A stretch of DNA of 64,000 nt, taken from NCBI GenBank assembly GCA_963843145.1, contig CAWJJC010000005.1, positions 96,001-160,000 on the forward strand, given 5' to 3'. Both the position numbers and the translations under genes were made by a program. Below the pieces are notes generated by a model. It worked only from the letters and a program-made list of their open reading frames with translations, was not told the origin of the DNA and ran no database searches. This DNA is from an uncultured delta proteobacterium (GTDB taxonomy: Bacteria > Desulfobacterota > RBG-13-43-22). Below, one piece after another: positions 1 to 10,822 of this stretch. How positions within the stretch are numbered: the stretch's first letter is position 1; each line of letters begins with the position of its first letter.

Positions 1-34
1 TGCGTTACTATTTTTCGCTATTTCGGCGCCACAT

Positions 35-1200
35 TTAGATCGGTTGCATAACCTCCGCTGGAATTTGCAGGGTCCTGTAGATTTCCCTGTGTTGGGGTTC
101 CGGGGTGGACCCCTTACGGATTTTGAGCACCAAGTCCATTTTCATGGGCAACACAATGGTAGCGACCTGATGGGAACTGAGGGTTTGACGAAGCGTCCAC
201 CAGGAAGTATGGATGCCCTGATCAAGGAAACGCTTCTCGATCGCCACCAGCAGATGGTAGGCCAAGACACATAAGAAGATATGGGTCTGGGTCCGATTCT
301 GTATTTGATGGAAAATGGGACGCTCCAGCAAGGGGCTCTTCAGGGAACGAAAGGCGCTTTCGACCCGGGTCAGGAGGATATAGGTGCGCCAAATTTCATC
401 GGCGGTCAAATCCTGGCGGTCCGTTTTCAACAGATAGCTGCCATCCAGGCGGACCGCCAGGGCTTTTTTCTCTGCTTCTTCCTGCCAGATCACCTGTCGA
501 GACGCGGCCTCGTAGTCAAGCCGATAATAACGGGCCACGCGGGGATAGCGCTCTTTCAGCCGACCCAGGGCTTGATGAAGCTTATCCGGCTGCTGTAAGC
601 GGCCGCGGGCCACTCGTTGCCGTAACCGCTCCAGATCGGCCAGGAAACGCTTTTCCTGCTTATCCCGGATAGCCCGATCTTTCTCCTCCCGCCCGTCGCT
701 GCGGCAAAGAATGAGGACCTCATCGCCTAGCGATCGCCGTTTAATCTGTACCCGGGATTTCTGCTGAAAAGGATTGCGCAGGGAAGGTTGGCGCCGGACT
801 TCTTCCCAGCCCTCCTCGTCTTCAAAATCAGCCAACCAGGCGTTGGCCGGCAACGATATAATGTAATCCCCGGGCGCGGATCTGACGGAGATTCTCCTCA
901 TAGGCCATGCCCCGATCAACCACTACGGTCGATCCCGGCTTCTTTCCCGTGCGCTGCTCCAAACTGTCCAGCATCGCCTCCACGGTACTCCGGTCCTGGC
1001 AGTTCCCCGCGAAGATCTCATGGGCCTTGGGAAACCCGTCCCGATCCAGCACCAACCCGACCACCACCTGCTTGCAATCCGGCCGCTGATCGCGCGAATA
1101 GCCCCGTTGGGCCTGCGGATTGGCCGCCGCTTGCCCTTCAAAATAGGTCGACGTCAAATCATACAAAAAAAAGGTCTCGTCCTGGTTGAACAAGGGAATA
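35..1200 (-). mobile_element. IS1634-family DDE transposase remnant (5'-truncated, frameshifted near 850)
   Basis: ORFs 828..1343 and 35..919 carry the motifs LYDLTSTYFEG, RGYSRDQRPDCKQVVVGLV, VVVDRGM, VESAFRSLKSPLLERPIFHQ and HIFLCVLAY. Transposase-like sequence stops at about 1200. Confidence 0.88.
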
Positions 1201-1650
1201 GTAAAGAAGACTGAAACGATAAATAGGGCCTCCATATATTGAGGAAATCTTTGAAGGGTTCTGGAAATCCTAACAGGCCTCTGAAACCGGTCACCTTCCC
1301 GACGGGATAGCAGTGAGCCAAGATGTGGGGCGAACAAAAACATTTTTTGTTCTGCCGAGACAGTGTTCCCCTCATCTTTAATTCGAGTGTCACGAGTGCC
1401 ACTATCTCCCGAACGAGTCCAGGGTGTTCTACCAACCCAAGGACAACCGAATTGTGCGTACTTTAAACGATAATCGCTGATTCTTTGAAAAGTCCCGATG
1501 GAGGAGTAGTAGGTGTTATACGTAACAAAGTCAGGGGAGTATTTCCCTAATCCCCCATGACCAGGAAGGCATTCTCAATATAATAATATGTGAGTCCCAA
1601 CAATCCGCTCAGAGCCCGGCATTATCAGAAGGTCAGGGTTGGCAAGTGCT

Positions 1651-1824
1651 TCAGCCTTCGGAGGGTTTGGCCTCCTCGATGAGCATGATCGGGATGTCAT
1701 CCTTGATCTCGTAAATCAGTTTACATTTCTTACAAATAAGTCCATCCCCGGCTTCATTCAAATAAATATCGCCCTTGCACTTGGGGCAAGCCAGGATCTC
1801 CAGTAATTCCTTGCTTATGGCCAT
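1651..1824 (-). CDS. Trm112/YcaR-like (UPF0434) small protein, 57 aa; not in the ORF track
   Basis: Manual translation MAISKELLEILACPKCKGDIYLNEAGDGLICKKCKLIYEIKDDIPIMLIEEAKPSEG with AAGGAG RBS upstream. This family commonly lies near lpxK. Confidence 0.9.
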   Translation of the reverse strand: MAISKELLEILACPKCKGDIYLNEAGDGLICKKCKLIYEIKDDIPIMLIEEAKPSEG

Positions 1825-1836
1825 GATGACTCCTTA

Positions 1837-1880
1837 TTGGTTCATTTGGTTTATATGGTTTATTTCGTTTATCTGGTTAG
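1837..1880. repeat. Degenerate 9-bp tandem repeat (TTYATNTGG-like)
   Basis: ttgg ttcatttgg tttatatgg tttatttcg tttatctgg ttag. Confidence 0.6.
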
Positions 1881-1914
1881 AGGGAAACCATCTCTTTTCG
1901 ACCTTTTGCATTTT

Positions 1915-2859
1915 TCATTTATTGTAAATTTCCCGCACCCACTCCCACTCCCGCTCCAATCCCTCCATCATGGAAACTTCCGGATTGTAGTCCAATTCTT
2001 TTTTGATCTTCTCCAGGCTGGCCCCGGTATGGCGCACGTCCCCCTTTTGAACCGGCTGGTAATTTACTTCCAGGGGGTTTCCGGTGATCCGGCGCATGGC
2101 TTCCAGAATCTCGTTCAAGGTCCGGCGGCTCCCTCCCCCGATATTATAGACGGAGCCGTCACGCCCGGCCTCCAGCGCCCGCCGACAGCCCTGGACGATA
2201 TCGTCGATAAAGGTAAAATCCCGGGACTGTTCCCCATCCCCCCAGACCACCAGCGGTTTCCCCTCCATCCCGGCCTTAAAAAAGCGATGGAAGGCCATGT
2301 CCGGCCTCTGGCGGGGCCCATAGACGGTGAAAAACCGTAAGGCAACGGTCGGCAGTCCGAAATTTTTATAATACAGATAGGCCAGATATTCTCCGGCCGC
2401 CTTGGATACCCCGTAAGGGGACACCGGCCGCAGGATGGACTCCTCCCTCATCGGTAAGTCATCCGTATCTCCGTACAGGGAGGACGAAGAAGCATAGATG
2501 AATTTCTTGATCCCTTCTCCCCGGCAGGCCTCTAATAATCGTTGGGTGGCCAGGACATTGTTGTCCGAATAGGTGCGAAAGTTCTCTCCCCAACTGGCTC
2601 GGACCCCGGCCTGGGCGGCCAGATGAATGACACCCTCCAGGGGCTTTACCAGACCGACCAAATCGGTATCCAGGAGATCCGCTTCAATGAATTCAAACCC
2701 CGATTGGGCACGAACCCTCTCCAGGTTTCCTTCCTTCATCCAGCGGGGGTAATAATCCAAAAAGTTATCGATCCCGATTACCTGATGCCCTTGGGCCAGT
2801 AGCGCCTCGGACAGGTGGGAGCCAATGAATCCGGCGGCCCCGGTTATCAATAGTTTCAT
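1915..2859 (-). CDS. NAD-dependent nucleotide-sugar epimerase/dehydratase (UDP-glucuronate/UDP-glucose 4-epimerase-like)
   Basis: GAAGFIG, HLAAQAGVR, YGVSK (YxxxK), RFFTVYGPRQRPDMA. Confidence 0.92.
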   Translation of the reverse strand: MKLLITGAAGFIGSHLSEALLAQGHQVIGIDNFLDYYPRWMKEGNLERVRAQSGFEFIEADLLDTDLVGLVKPLEGVIHLAAQAGVRASWGENFRTYSDNNVLATQRLLEACRGEGIKKFIYASSSSLYGDTDDLPMREESILRPVSPYGVSKAAGEYLAYLYYKNFGLPTVALRFFTVYGPRQRPDMAFHRFFKAGMEGKPLVVWGDGEQSRDFTFIDDIVQGCRRALEAGRDGSVYNIGGGSRRTLNEILEAMRRITGNPLEVNYQPVQKGDVRHTGASLEKIKKELDYNPEVSMMEGLEREWEWVREIYNK

Positions 2860-4001
2860 TTTCTTTGCTTCCTTTCAAGGACCTGCTGATAAACCCTATA
2901 AACCTTTTCGGCCATTTTTTCCACCGTATATTCCTTTTCCACCAGCCGGCGGCCTTCCTCGCCCAGGCGCCCGGCCGATTCCGGATCTCGTAGCGCCTGA
3001 ACCATCGCCTGAACCAAGGCCGCCGGGTCTTCCGGCGGAATCAATATTCCGGTTACCCCGGAGGCGACGATATCCGGGATCCCGCCCACAGCGGTGGCAA
3101 TGACCGGTTTGCCCATGGCCATAATCTGGAAGAGAAACTGGGGGATCCCTTCCGCTACCGAAGAAATAATCCCTAAATCGGTAAAAGACAGGATTTCCGG
3201 AATATCCTCCCGGTAGCCGGTCATGAGGATTCGATCCTCCAGTTGAGCTTTTCTTATTTCCTGTTCCACTCGATCACGGCCGGGGCCGTCCCCCACAAAA
3301 AGAAACCGGGCCTGGGGGAAAACCTTGATCAGCTCGGCGGCGGCGGCGATCACCAGTTCGTGGCGTTTCTGGGCCCTCAAAACGGCCACCAGCGTGATGA
3401 CCGGGCTGTCGATCGGCAGCCCCATCCGTTTTTTTAATTCCAGGTCCGGGGGTCGGGCATGGAATCGGCCCGTATCCGCCCCGGTGGGGATGGAAACGAT
3501 CCGTTCGGCTGGGATCTTGTGGGTTTGGAGCAATTCCCGGCGGATATGCTCCCCCGTAGTAATGATGGCATCGGGCAAATAATAGACCCGGTTCAACCAG
3601 GGCCGTCTCACCCGCACGGAGATATGACGGGTGCGAACCAACACCGGGACTCTGGCCCAGCGCCCGGCCAGGCCCCCGGCCCAACTGTCCACCGAACTAT
3701 GGGTGTGCAGCACGTCGATCTTTAATTCGCGAATCAGATTTTTTATCCGCAGGACAGACCCGGGCTCCCAGGCGCTTCTAATCTTGTGGGGAATGACCTC
3801 GATCCCCATCTTCCCGGCCTCTTCCGCCAGTTTCGTTCGAGGAGGGCAGAGGATCTGGACCTTATGCCCTTGCCGTCGATGTTCCCTCATTTCCAGCAAG
3901 ATGCGGATTTCCTGCCCGCCCCAGCCTTCCGACCATTCGGTATGGAGAATCGTAAATTTTTTATTTGCCCATTTTTCCATCACGGTTTCTGATAAAGACA
4001 A
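2856..4001 (-). CDS. GT4 family glycosyltransferase (LPS core); start may be 3980
   Basis: GWGGQE N-terminal motif, HTHSSVDSW, EGIP...MAMGKPVIATAVGGIPDIV. Confidence 0.9.
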   Translation of the reverse strand: MSLSETVMEKWANKKFTILHTEWSEGWGGQEIRILLEMREHRRQGHKVQILCPPRTKLAEEAGKMGIEVIPHKIRSAWEPGSVLRIKNLIRELKIDVLHTHSSVDSWAGGLAGRWARVPVLVRTRHISVRVRRPWLNRVYYLPDAIITTGEHIRRELLQTHKIPAERIVSIPTGADTGRFHARPPDLELKKRMGLPIDSPVITLVAVLRAQKRHELVIAAAAELIKVFPQARFLFVGDGPGRDRVEQEIRKAQLEDRILMTGYREDIPEILSFTDLGIISSVAEGIPQFLFQIMAMGKPVIATAVGGIPDIVASGVTGILIPPEDPAALVQAMVQALRDPESAGRLGEEGRRLVEKEYTVEKMAEKVYRVYQQVLERKQRK

Positions 4002-4213
4002 AACGAATAATCAATAATCAATTGATAATGGTTAATTATTGATTGGCTCGGGATTATTTCCCTGATCTCCCAGCTTCCCTCTTCCTCTTGTGTCCTCTGT
4101 GGTGAATGGGCCTTTCTTTGGGCCTTTCACCCGCGGAATTGTGCACCATTTTTTCTTTCTTCTTTTGCTTCCCTCTTCCCTCTCCCATCTTCCATCTTCT
4201 TTTCGCTCAGCGC

Positions 4214-5104
4214 CTACCGCTCCTCTCTCGGCCAAGGCTGATAGGGCCGGGTCTTCCAGCGCTGGTGGACCCAGAAATAATGATCCGGGTAGCGGCGGGC
4301 CATGGTTTCGATTACCCGATTATACTGGGCCGTGTTTTCCTCGATGTTCTTGGTCCGATCGTCGAACTCCAGCCAGGGCACCGGAGGTTGGAGTTCCAAC
4401 CGATAGTGCCCGTTTCCCTCGTAGACCATGAAACCCGGCACCACCGGCGCTCCCGTGCTGAGGACCAACAGGGCCAGCCCCTTGTTGGTGCAGGCCCGTC
4501 GCCCAAAAAAATCGACAAAGACTCCGTCTTTCCAGTCGATGTTCTGGTCCATCAAGATCCCCAGGTTTTTTTTCTCCCTGAGGAGTTTAATCAAGACCCG
4601 CATGGACCGCTCTTTGGATACCACTCGGTTGCCGCTGACCTCCCGCAGGGCCCGGGAAAGTTTTTCCGCCGGTTCGAAATCCAGCGGCTTGACGATCACA
4701 TAGGTCGGCTCAAAAAAGTACCCGAAGCTGATCGGCATCAGTTCCCAGCACCCGAAATGGCCCGTTAGAAAAGCGATCCCCTTCCCCTGGGCCTTGGCCG
4801 CCTGGTAGTGTTCGATCCCCGTAAAGCGGACGTATTTTTTGACGCGCTCGGCACTGTAGCGGAACAGATACACGGCCTCGAAAAAGTGTCGGCCGATTCC
4901 CTGGAAGCATTGTTTCACCAGGTTCCAGCGTTCGGCTTCGGATTTTTGATCCCCAAATGCCGTGGTAACATTCTGAAAAGCGATTTGCCTTCTTCTTTTC
5001 AACAGGTGAAATAGTCCGGTCCCCAACCCTTCGCCGAGAAACAAACCGATCTTCCTGGGGATAAGGGAAAGGAGGATGACCAAAACATACAGCAGTCTAT
5101 ACAC
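4214..5104 (-). CDS. lpxL: Lipid A late acyltransferase (LpxL/HtrB family)
   Basis: TGHFGCWE, ILMDQ, VDFFG, YPDHYFWVHQRWKTRP; GTG start at 5104 with GGAGG RBS. Confidence 0.85.
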   Translation of the reverse strand: MYRLLYVLVILLSLIPRKIGLFLGEGLGTGLFHLLKRRRQIAFQNVTTAFGDQKSEAERWNLVKQCFQGIGRHFFEAVYLFRYSAERVKKYVRFTGIEHYQAAKAQGKGIAFLTGHFGCWELMPISFGYFFEPTYVIVKPLDFEPAEKLSRALREVSGNRVVSKERSMRVLIKLLREKKNLGILMDQNIDWKDGVFVDFFGRRACTNKGLALLVLSTGAPVVPGFMVYEGNGHYRLELQPPVPWLEFDDRTKNIEENTAQYNRVIETMARRYPDHYFWVHQRWKTRPYQPWPREER

Positions 5105-6201
5105 GATCGCCGACCTCCCAAAGGTCCCGGACCGATTCAAAGACTTCCGCGGCTTCGACGGCCTGCAGGCAATCGAACCGTCCCTGGCAAGTAGGCTTTT
5201 TATAACAGGGGCTGCACGACAATCTTTTGTAATGAATCCTGTTGCCCTTCCCGTAAGGTCCGGTAAAGCGCGGGTCGTCAGGTCCGTAAATCCCCACCAC
5301 CGGTACACCTAAGGCCACCGCCAAATGGAGGGGTCCGGTGTCGGACCCCACTACCAGCCGGCATCTTTCCAACACTGCCGCCAAGTGCCGCAGGGAGAGC
5401 CGGCCCAAGCCGTCGATGACTCCCCGGCCGGAAATCGGGACTTGACCCAGAAACCGCTGCCGATCCTGCGCGTCCCCCAGCAGGACCACCTGAACCCCTT
5501 CCAAAAGGGAAAGGCGCTCCAGCAGAGCGGCCCATTGTATTAAGGGGCCAGCATTTTTGGGGCAGGGAGGCTCCCACCTGCAGGCCGATGATTTGTTCGC
5601 CTTCCCTCACCCCTTGGGTCTGGAGAAAATGGTCGGCCCAGGTCCTCTCTTCCGAGCGAAGGCCCAGTTGGAAATCCGGGGGTCCCGGAGGGCACCCCAG
5701 GAATTCAGCCACTTTCAGATTGCGGTCCACGGCGTGCAAACCCTCCCCTTCCGGGATCTGCCGGGAAACCCAATAACTGAATTCCTTCAAGCCGGTGCAG
5801 CCCAATCGGCGGGGGGCCCCGGCCAGAAGGGCCATCAGCCCCGATTTGGCCAACCCCTGCAAATCGATGGACAGGTCAATCCGCAGGTCCCTCAAGGCCC
5901 GGCGCAAGCGGACCAACTCTCTCCAGGCCTCGTCCCAGGACTTCCGGGCCAGAAGGGCTTGAATCTTTTTCCGGGGATAGACCACGACTCCCTCCAACAG
6001 GGGATGGGCTTCCAGAATCGGGGCGCAGCGGTCCTCCACCACCCAAAATAACTTGATCCGGGGAAAGCTCGTTTTCAGGCGGGAGGCCACCGGCAGCGCA
6101 TGGATCACGTCTCCCAGGGAGGTCAACTTGATCATGAGGATCCGTTGGCTCCCCTGAGGGTCAATCAAACCCGTGAACCGACCGGACCGTTTCCAGAACA
6201 T
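5097..6201 (-). CDS. GT9 heptosyltransferase (WaaC/WaaF-like), split by a 1-nt frameshift at about 5545
   Basis: N-half IKLTSLGDVIHALP, DLQGLAKS, KCWP (5278..6201); C-half GSDTGPLHLAVALG, IYGP (5097..5504). Removing one base from a homopolymer run joins the two halves. Confidence 0.85.
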
Positions 6202-7270
6202 CCCTGACCTCGATGGCTTTCATGCAGGTTAACTCCGAACAATTGCGTTCCCGGCAGGGACTGCAGGAAACCGGTTTTCGGATGATTCGGGCTTTGTTGC
6301 CGAAAGGTCCGGTCAACTCCGGTCGGGTCGGCCCGATAATGGCCACCACGGGCCGATCCAAAGCCGCGGCCAGGTGCATGGGACCGGCCTCGTTGCCGAT
6401 GAAAAGGTCGGTTTCCTTAAGCAGGGCGATCAACTGTTTGAGACTCAGCCGATTGACCAGATCAATCACCGGCACTCGGATCAGGGAAAAAAGCGCTTCG
6501 AACAGACGGCCTTCCTGGCTGCCGCCTGCGGCCCCCCCGATCACGGCCAACCGCAGGCCGGGGGTCAATCCCAGGGTATTGATCAATTCGGCAAAGCGGT
6601 CCACCGGCCAACGGCGGGAGAGCCAACCGGCTCCCGGATGAATGACCACCAGCCGTTCCTGCTCCCGACGGCCGGCCGAGACCAGGATTTCCCGAACCTG
6701 ATTTTGGGCGGTCTCGGAAATCGTCCATTGAAATTGGACCTCGTCGGTCGGTCCTCCCAGAAAATCAATGACGAGCAGATTTCTTTCCACGGTATGCCGA
6801 TCATTGGGGCGGGGGGGAATCTCTCGAGAGAAAAATCCGGACAATTCTTTCATCCCGGTGGTATTGGCCGACCCTATCCGCCAGCGGGCCCCGGCCATCC
6901 AGACCAGCAGGGCCGACTTGGCCAAACCATGCAGATCGATGGACAGGTCAAAAGATCGGGAGCGCAGCTCCCCTTTTAACCGACGAAAGGTTTGCCACAC
7001 CCCTTTCCAGGCCCTCTTTTTGAGGGCCTCCTCTATCGCCTTAAAGGGGACTACCAGCACTTCATCCAGGTCCGGGTGCCCCTCCTCAACCAGATCCCGG
7101 CAGCGGTCATCCACCAGCCAGGTGATCCTGGCCCGGGGATACGTCCGGCGCAGCGCGGACAGTGTGGGCAAACTGAAAACAATATCCCCGATCCGGCTCG
7201 GCTGAATCAGGAGGATGCGTTTGATTTCGCCCTTAGGGGGAGGCGAGGACGGTTTTCGGAATAGACTCAT
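6161..7270 (-). CDS. GT9 heptosyltransferase-family protein
   Basis: SRIGDIVFSLP, HPGAGWLSRRWP, GNEAGPMHLAAAL, CSPC. Confidence 0.88.
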   Translation of the reverse strand: MSLFRKPSSPPPKGEIKRILLIQPSRIGDIVFSLPTLSALRRTYPRARITWLVDDRCRDLVEEGHPDLDEVLVVPFKAIEEALKKRAWKGVWQTFRRLKGELRSRSFDLSIDLHGLAKSALLVWMAGARWRIGSANTTGMKELSGFFSREIPPRPNDRHTVERNLLVIDFLGGPTDEVQFQWTISETAQNQVREILVSAGRREQERLVVIHPGAGWLSRRWPVDRFAELINTLGLTPGLRLAVIGGAAGGSQEGRLFEALFSLIRVPVIDLVNRLSLKQLIALLKETDLFIGNEAGPMHLAAALDRPVVAIIGPTRPELTGPFGNKARIIRKPVSCSPCRERNCSELTCMKAIEVRDVLETVRSVHGFD

Positions 7271-7394
7271 TATTCGTATGAAAATAGAACTCGGCGCCAC
7301 AAGGCATTTATTGATAGCTAATAATTAATAATTGATTATTAATTATTGATGTCAACTGGATACCGGAAGGTTCTAATCTGAAAATCTAAATTTT

Positions 7395-8435
7395 TTAGGT
7401 CAGGTCTTTCAGGGCTTCCCAGACCTCATCCACGCCGATGGCTTCCATGCAAAAGCGGGCCTCCCGGCATTCTTTTCGAAAACAGGGACTGCAGGGAAAC
7501 GGCTTTCGGATTACCCGGGAGGTCTTCCCCCAGGGCCCGGTCCTTTCCGGGCTGGTCGAACCGAACAAGGCCATCAGGGGCCTGTTCAGAGCCGCCGCCA
7601 CGTGCATCAATCCGGAATCATTACTGACCACCGCCTGGCAGCGCTCCACCAGGGCCAGGGCTTCTCCCAGGGAAGTTTGGCCCATCAAATTAATAAAGGG
7701 TCCCTGGGGGATTTCCTTCCCGCCCGGTGCAGTGCCCAGCGCATCTCCGGCGGCCCCCAAGAGGATAACCCGAGCGCCTCGTTGGTGCTGGATTCGTTCC
7801 GCCAATCTTTCATAAGCCGAAAACGGCCAACACTTGGCCGGTCCGTACTGGGCGCCCGGAGCCAGACCGATCACCGGATCATCGGGTCTGACACCAAAGG
7901 ATGCGAGTCGCCGGCCGGCCTCATCTTTCCATTTTTCAGCCACCCTCAACCGCAGGGGGTGCCTCTCCGGGTCTGGAATTTCCCGAATCCCCAAGCCCTC
8001 CAGAAGCTGCATAAAGGAGAGTACCTGGTGCTGCTCATTGAATCTCAAAGGAAGGGGTTTGGCCTGGGTCAACAGCCGTCCCCGTCCTTCCGTGGCATAC
8101 CCCACCCGGACCGGGATACCGCTTAAGAAGGAAATCCAGGCCGACTCAAAGGAATGGGGAAAATGCACGACGATTTCAAAATTCAACTGTTTCAGCGCCT
8201 TCGCCAGGAGCCACTTACCACGAATCCCTCGATGGCGGCCTTTATTTTCATAAATAATCACCTGCCGGACATCGGGATTCGTTTCAAAAACCGGGGCCAC
8301 TCCCGGCCGGGCCAGGACCGCTAATTCAGCCTCGGGAAAATGGGTTTTTATACTATGAATGGCCGGGGTGGTCAATAAGGCATCTCCCAGCCAGTTGGTA
8401 GAGCGAATTAAAATTTTACGAAAAGGGTCGGCCAT
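7395..8435 (-). CDS. waaF: LPS heptosyltransferase II
   Basis: NWLGDALL, APGAQYGPAKCWP, SNDSGLMHVAAAL, FGSTSP. Confidence 0.88.
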   Translation of the reverse strand: MADPFRKILIRSTNWLGDALLTTPAIHSIKTHFPEAELAVLARPGVAPVFETNPDVRQVIIYENKGRHRGIRGKWLLAKALKQLNFEIVVHFPHSFESAWISFLSGIPVRVGYATEGRGRLLTQAKPLPLRFNEQHQVLSFMQLLEGLGIREIPDPERHPLRLRVAEKWKDEAGRRLASFGVRPDDPVIGLAPGAQYGPAKCWPFSAYERLAERIQHQRGARVILLGAAGDALGTAPGGKEIPQGPFINLMGQTSLGEALALVERCQAVVSNDSGLMHVAAALNRPLMALFGSTSPERTGPWGKTSRVIRKPFPCSPCFRKECREARFCMEAIGVDEVWEALKDLT

Positions 8436-8502
8436 GAGGACGAATCTGACACCTTTTTATCTGGAAATTTATCCCTAACACTTGATGAATCAGTTAAGAT
8501 CT

Positions 8503-9591
8503 CTAAATTCGAAATTCGAAGCTTTCCAAGACATCCCAGAAATTCTTATTGGGTATCTCTACCCCAATGGCCAGTACCAGCAACTCCGCCTGCCCGTCAG
8601 GCCAATTCCCAAGTTTCAGCGCATCCTTTTCGGTGGTCAGTAGCACCTCCGCTTTTAAGGAGGCCGCCTCCTCCAGGAGACGGTCTAGGTCTTTTTCCTG
8701 GTAGACCTGATGATCCCTGAAGGATTTCAAGCTCACCAATTCCACCTCCAACGTTTTCAAACTATGGCGAAAGGACTCCGGCTGACCGAGCCCGCAAAAG
8801 GCCAGCACCCGCTTTCCTTTTAACCAGGACAAGGGTTGGGATTCACCCTCCGGATATTTCCAGAGCCTTTGGGGAACATGGCGGGAAAAAAAAACGGGCA
8901 CCCCGGGATGGAGGGCTTTGATCTGTCCTTCCAGGGCGGACAGATCCCTGGCAGCGATCATTTCCGTGTGGCTGATGATGACCACATCGGCCCTGCTGAG
9001 CTGATTTCGGGGTTCTCGGAGGGTGCCCCGAGGGAGCAGGCCCCCTGTCCCAAAAGGTTCGTGGGCTGGAATGAGTAGTATATCGGCATTTCGCTCCAGA
9101 CCGACATGCTGGAACCCATCGTCCAAGATAGCCAGATCCACTCCCCAGCGTTCCCGAGAGAGTAAGCCGGACTGATAGCGGTTTTTCCCGATCACCACAG
9201 CTACCCCCGGCAATTGTTCTGCCAGCCAAAAGGGCTCTTCTCCCCCCTCTGAAAGGGTTCCGATTATTCCTTCCGGACTGGAAATGACCGCCCCTTTTGC
9301 ACTTTTATCTCCTCCGTACCCCCGGCTGAGGATGACCACCTTTCTTCCCTGTCGTCTGAAATGATCGGCAATTAAAGCCGTATGGGGGGTCTTGCCGGTT
9401 CCCCCGACGACCAGGTTTCCGATACTGATAACGCTCAGGGGCAATCGGTGAACCGGCAACAGTCCCCTTCGGTAAAGGGAGAGGCGTAAAAACACACCCA
9501 GTCCATAGATTCCCGAGGCCAGGCCCCCCAGTGGGGTTAAAAATGACTTAAACCAGCCGGACATTTTTTTCTTTACATTAATACAATCCAC
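8503..9591 (-). CDS. lpxK: Tetraacyldisaccharide 4'-kinase (start may be 9564)
   Basis: ISIGNLVVGGTGKTP, LSRGYGG, ILDDGFQH, LLPRGTLREP, TTEKDA. Confidence 0.95.
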   Translation of the reverse strand: MDCINVKKKMSGWFKSFLTPLGGLASGIYGLGVFLRLSLYRRGLLPVHRLPLSVISIGNLVVGGTGKTPHTALIADHFRRQGRKVVILSRGYGGDKSAKGAVISSPEGIIGTLSEGGEEPFWLAEQLPGVAVVIGKNRYQSGLLSRERWGVDLAILDDGFQHVGLERNADILLIPAHEPFGTGGLLPRGTLREPRNQLSRADVVIISHTEMIAARDLSALEGQIKALHPGVPVFFSRHVPQRLWKYPEGESQPLSWLKGKRVLAFCGLGQPESFRHSLKTLEVELVSLKSFRDHQVYQEKDLDRLLEEAASLKAEVLLTTEKDALKLGNWPDGQAELLVLAIGVEIPNKNFWDVLESFEFRI

Positions 9592-9601
9592 ATAGGTTTG
9601 G

Positions 9602-10768
9602 TTAGGATCGTCTTACCTTTTTTATTAGCCAGGCCGCCGCCTGTCTTAAGCGAGTCAACCCGGTGAGCTCTTTTTCCAGATAGGTCAGGCGGAACAGGTA
9701 AATACCGATAAGACCAACGATAATGTTGGGCAACCACAGACCGATAACCGGCGGCAGCGCCCCCCGCTCCCCTAAGCTGAAGGCCAGGGATAAAAATAAA
9801 TAGTAAATGAAGAAGACCGCTCCTCCCAGGATAATGGCCCAGGGACGACCGGCTACCTTGGACTGCAGGCCCAGGGGCAAGGCGATCATGCCCAAAACCA
9901 GGCAGGCAAAAGGGAGGCTGAACTTTTTGTAATATTCGATCTGGTAATTATAATACCTTTTTTCACTGGGCGAGGTTATGCGGATTCTTTCTCTTAACTC
10001 CGGGAGATACATTTCGGTTTCGCTTTTTTCCCTCTTTTCCTGGTCCGAGACGATCTGCTCCAGAGGCAGGAATAGATCATAGCTCTTAAAGAAAACAGTC
10101 TGGGCGCTTTTGGATTTCAAAGAAACGTTATAAATATGCCCGTTTTCCAGTCGCAGGTTCAAGGAACGCTCTTTGGGATTAGGGATCAGCCACCCCCGTT
10201 TGGCGATAATCGTCTGAGGAAGGTCTTTTTCCCGTTGGTCAAAGATAAAGACATCTTCCAATAAACCGTCCCCGTGCACCCTCTGAATATAAAAAACCAG
10301 CTCTTTAAATTCGTTATAAAAAACCCGTTCTTTCAAACTGACCTTGGCCTGCACTACGGCGACCTGAAACAGGAGATTTTTCAGCGAGTGCTCCCCCCAG
10401 GGCTGGGCAACCATGGCCGCAAACCCGGTCAGGATAGTTCCGGAGAGGCTCAAAATCAAAACCGGCGGCAAAAGCTGAAAGAAACTTAATCCCGAGCCCT
10501 TCAAGGCCGTGACCTCGTTATCGCTGGCCAGGCGCAAAAAACCTAAGAGGATCGAGATAAAAAATGACATGGGTATAATATAGACCATCAAAAAAGGAAG
10601 CGTATAGCCCAGCAGGCGGAGGATATTGAAGACTCCGACCCCCTTTTGAACGATCATCTCGATGAGCTGCATCAGGTTCCCTAAAATAAAAATCAAGGTG
10701 AACACGGTCAAGGTTACCCCGAAAGGGGTCAGAATTTCCTTAAGGATGTATTTGGTGATAATTCGCAT
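9602..10768 (-). CDS. lptF: LPS export ABC permease LptF (LptF/G family)
   Basis: IITKYILKEI, LASDNEVTALKGSGLS, KKFSLPFAC, WLPNI. Confidence 0.88.
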   Translation of the reverse strand: MRIITKYILKEILTPFGVTLTVFTLIFILGNLMQLIEMIVQKGVGVFNILRLLGYTLPFLMVYIIPMSFFISILLGFLRLASDNEVTALKGSGLSFFQLLPPVLILSLSGTILTGFAAMVAQPWGEHSLKNLLFQVAVVQAKVSLKERVFYNEFKELVFYIQRVHGDGLLEDVFIFDQREKDLPQTIIAKRGWLIPNPKERSLNLRLENGHIYNVSLKSKSAQTVFFKSYDLFLPLEQIVSDQEKREKSETEMYLPELRERIRITSPSEKRYYNYQIEYYKKFSLPFACLVLGMIALPLGLQSKVAGRPWAIILGGAVFFIYYLFLSLAFSLGERGALPPVIGLWLPNIIVGLIGIYLFRLTYLEKELTGLTRLRQAAAWLIKKVRRS

Positions 10769-10822
10769 CGTTTTTTTTGGACGCTTCACCCCTTGGGGTG
10801 GGTTTCCCCGCCTATTGGCTAA

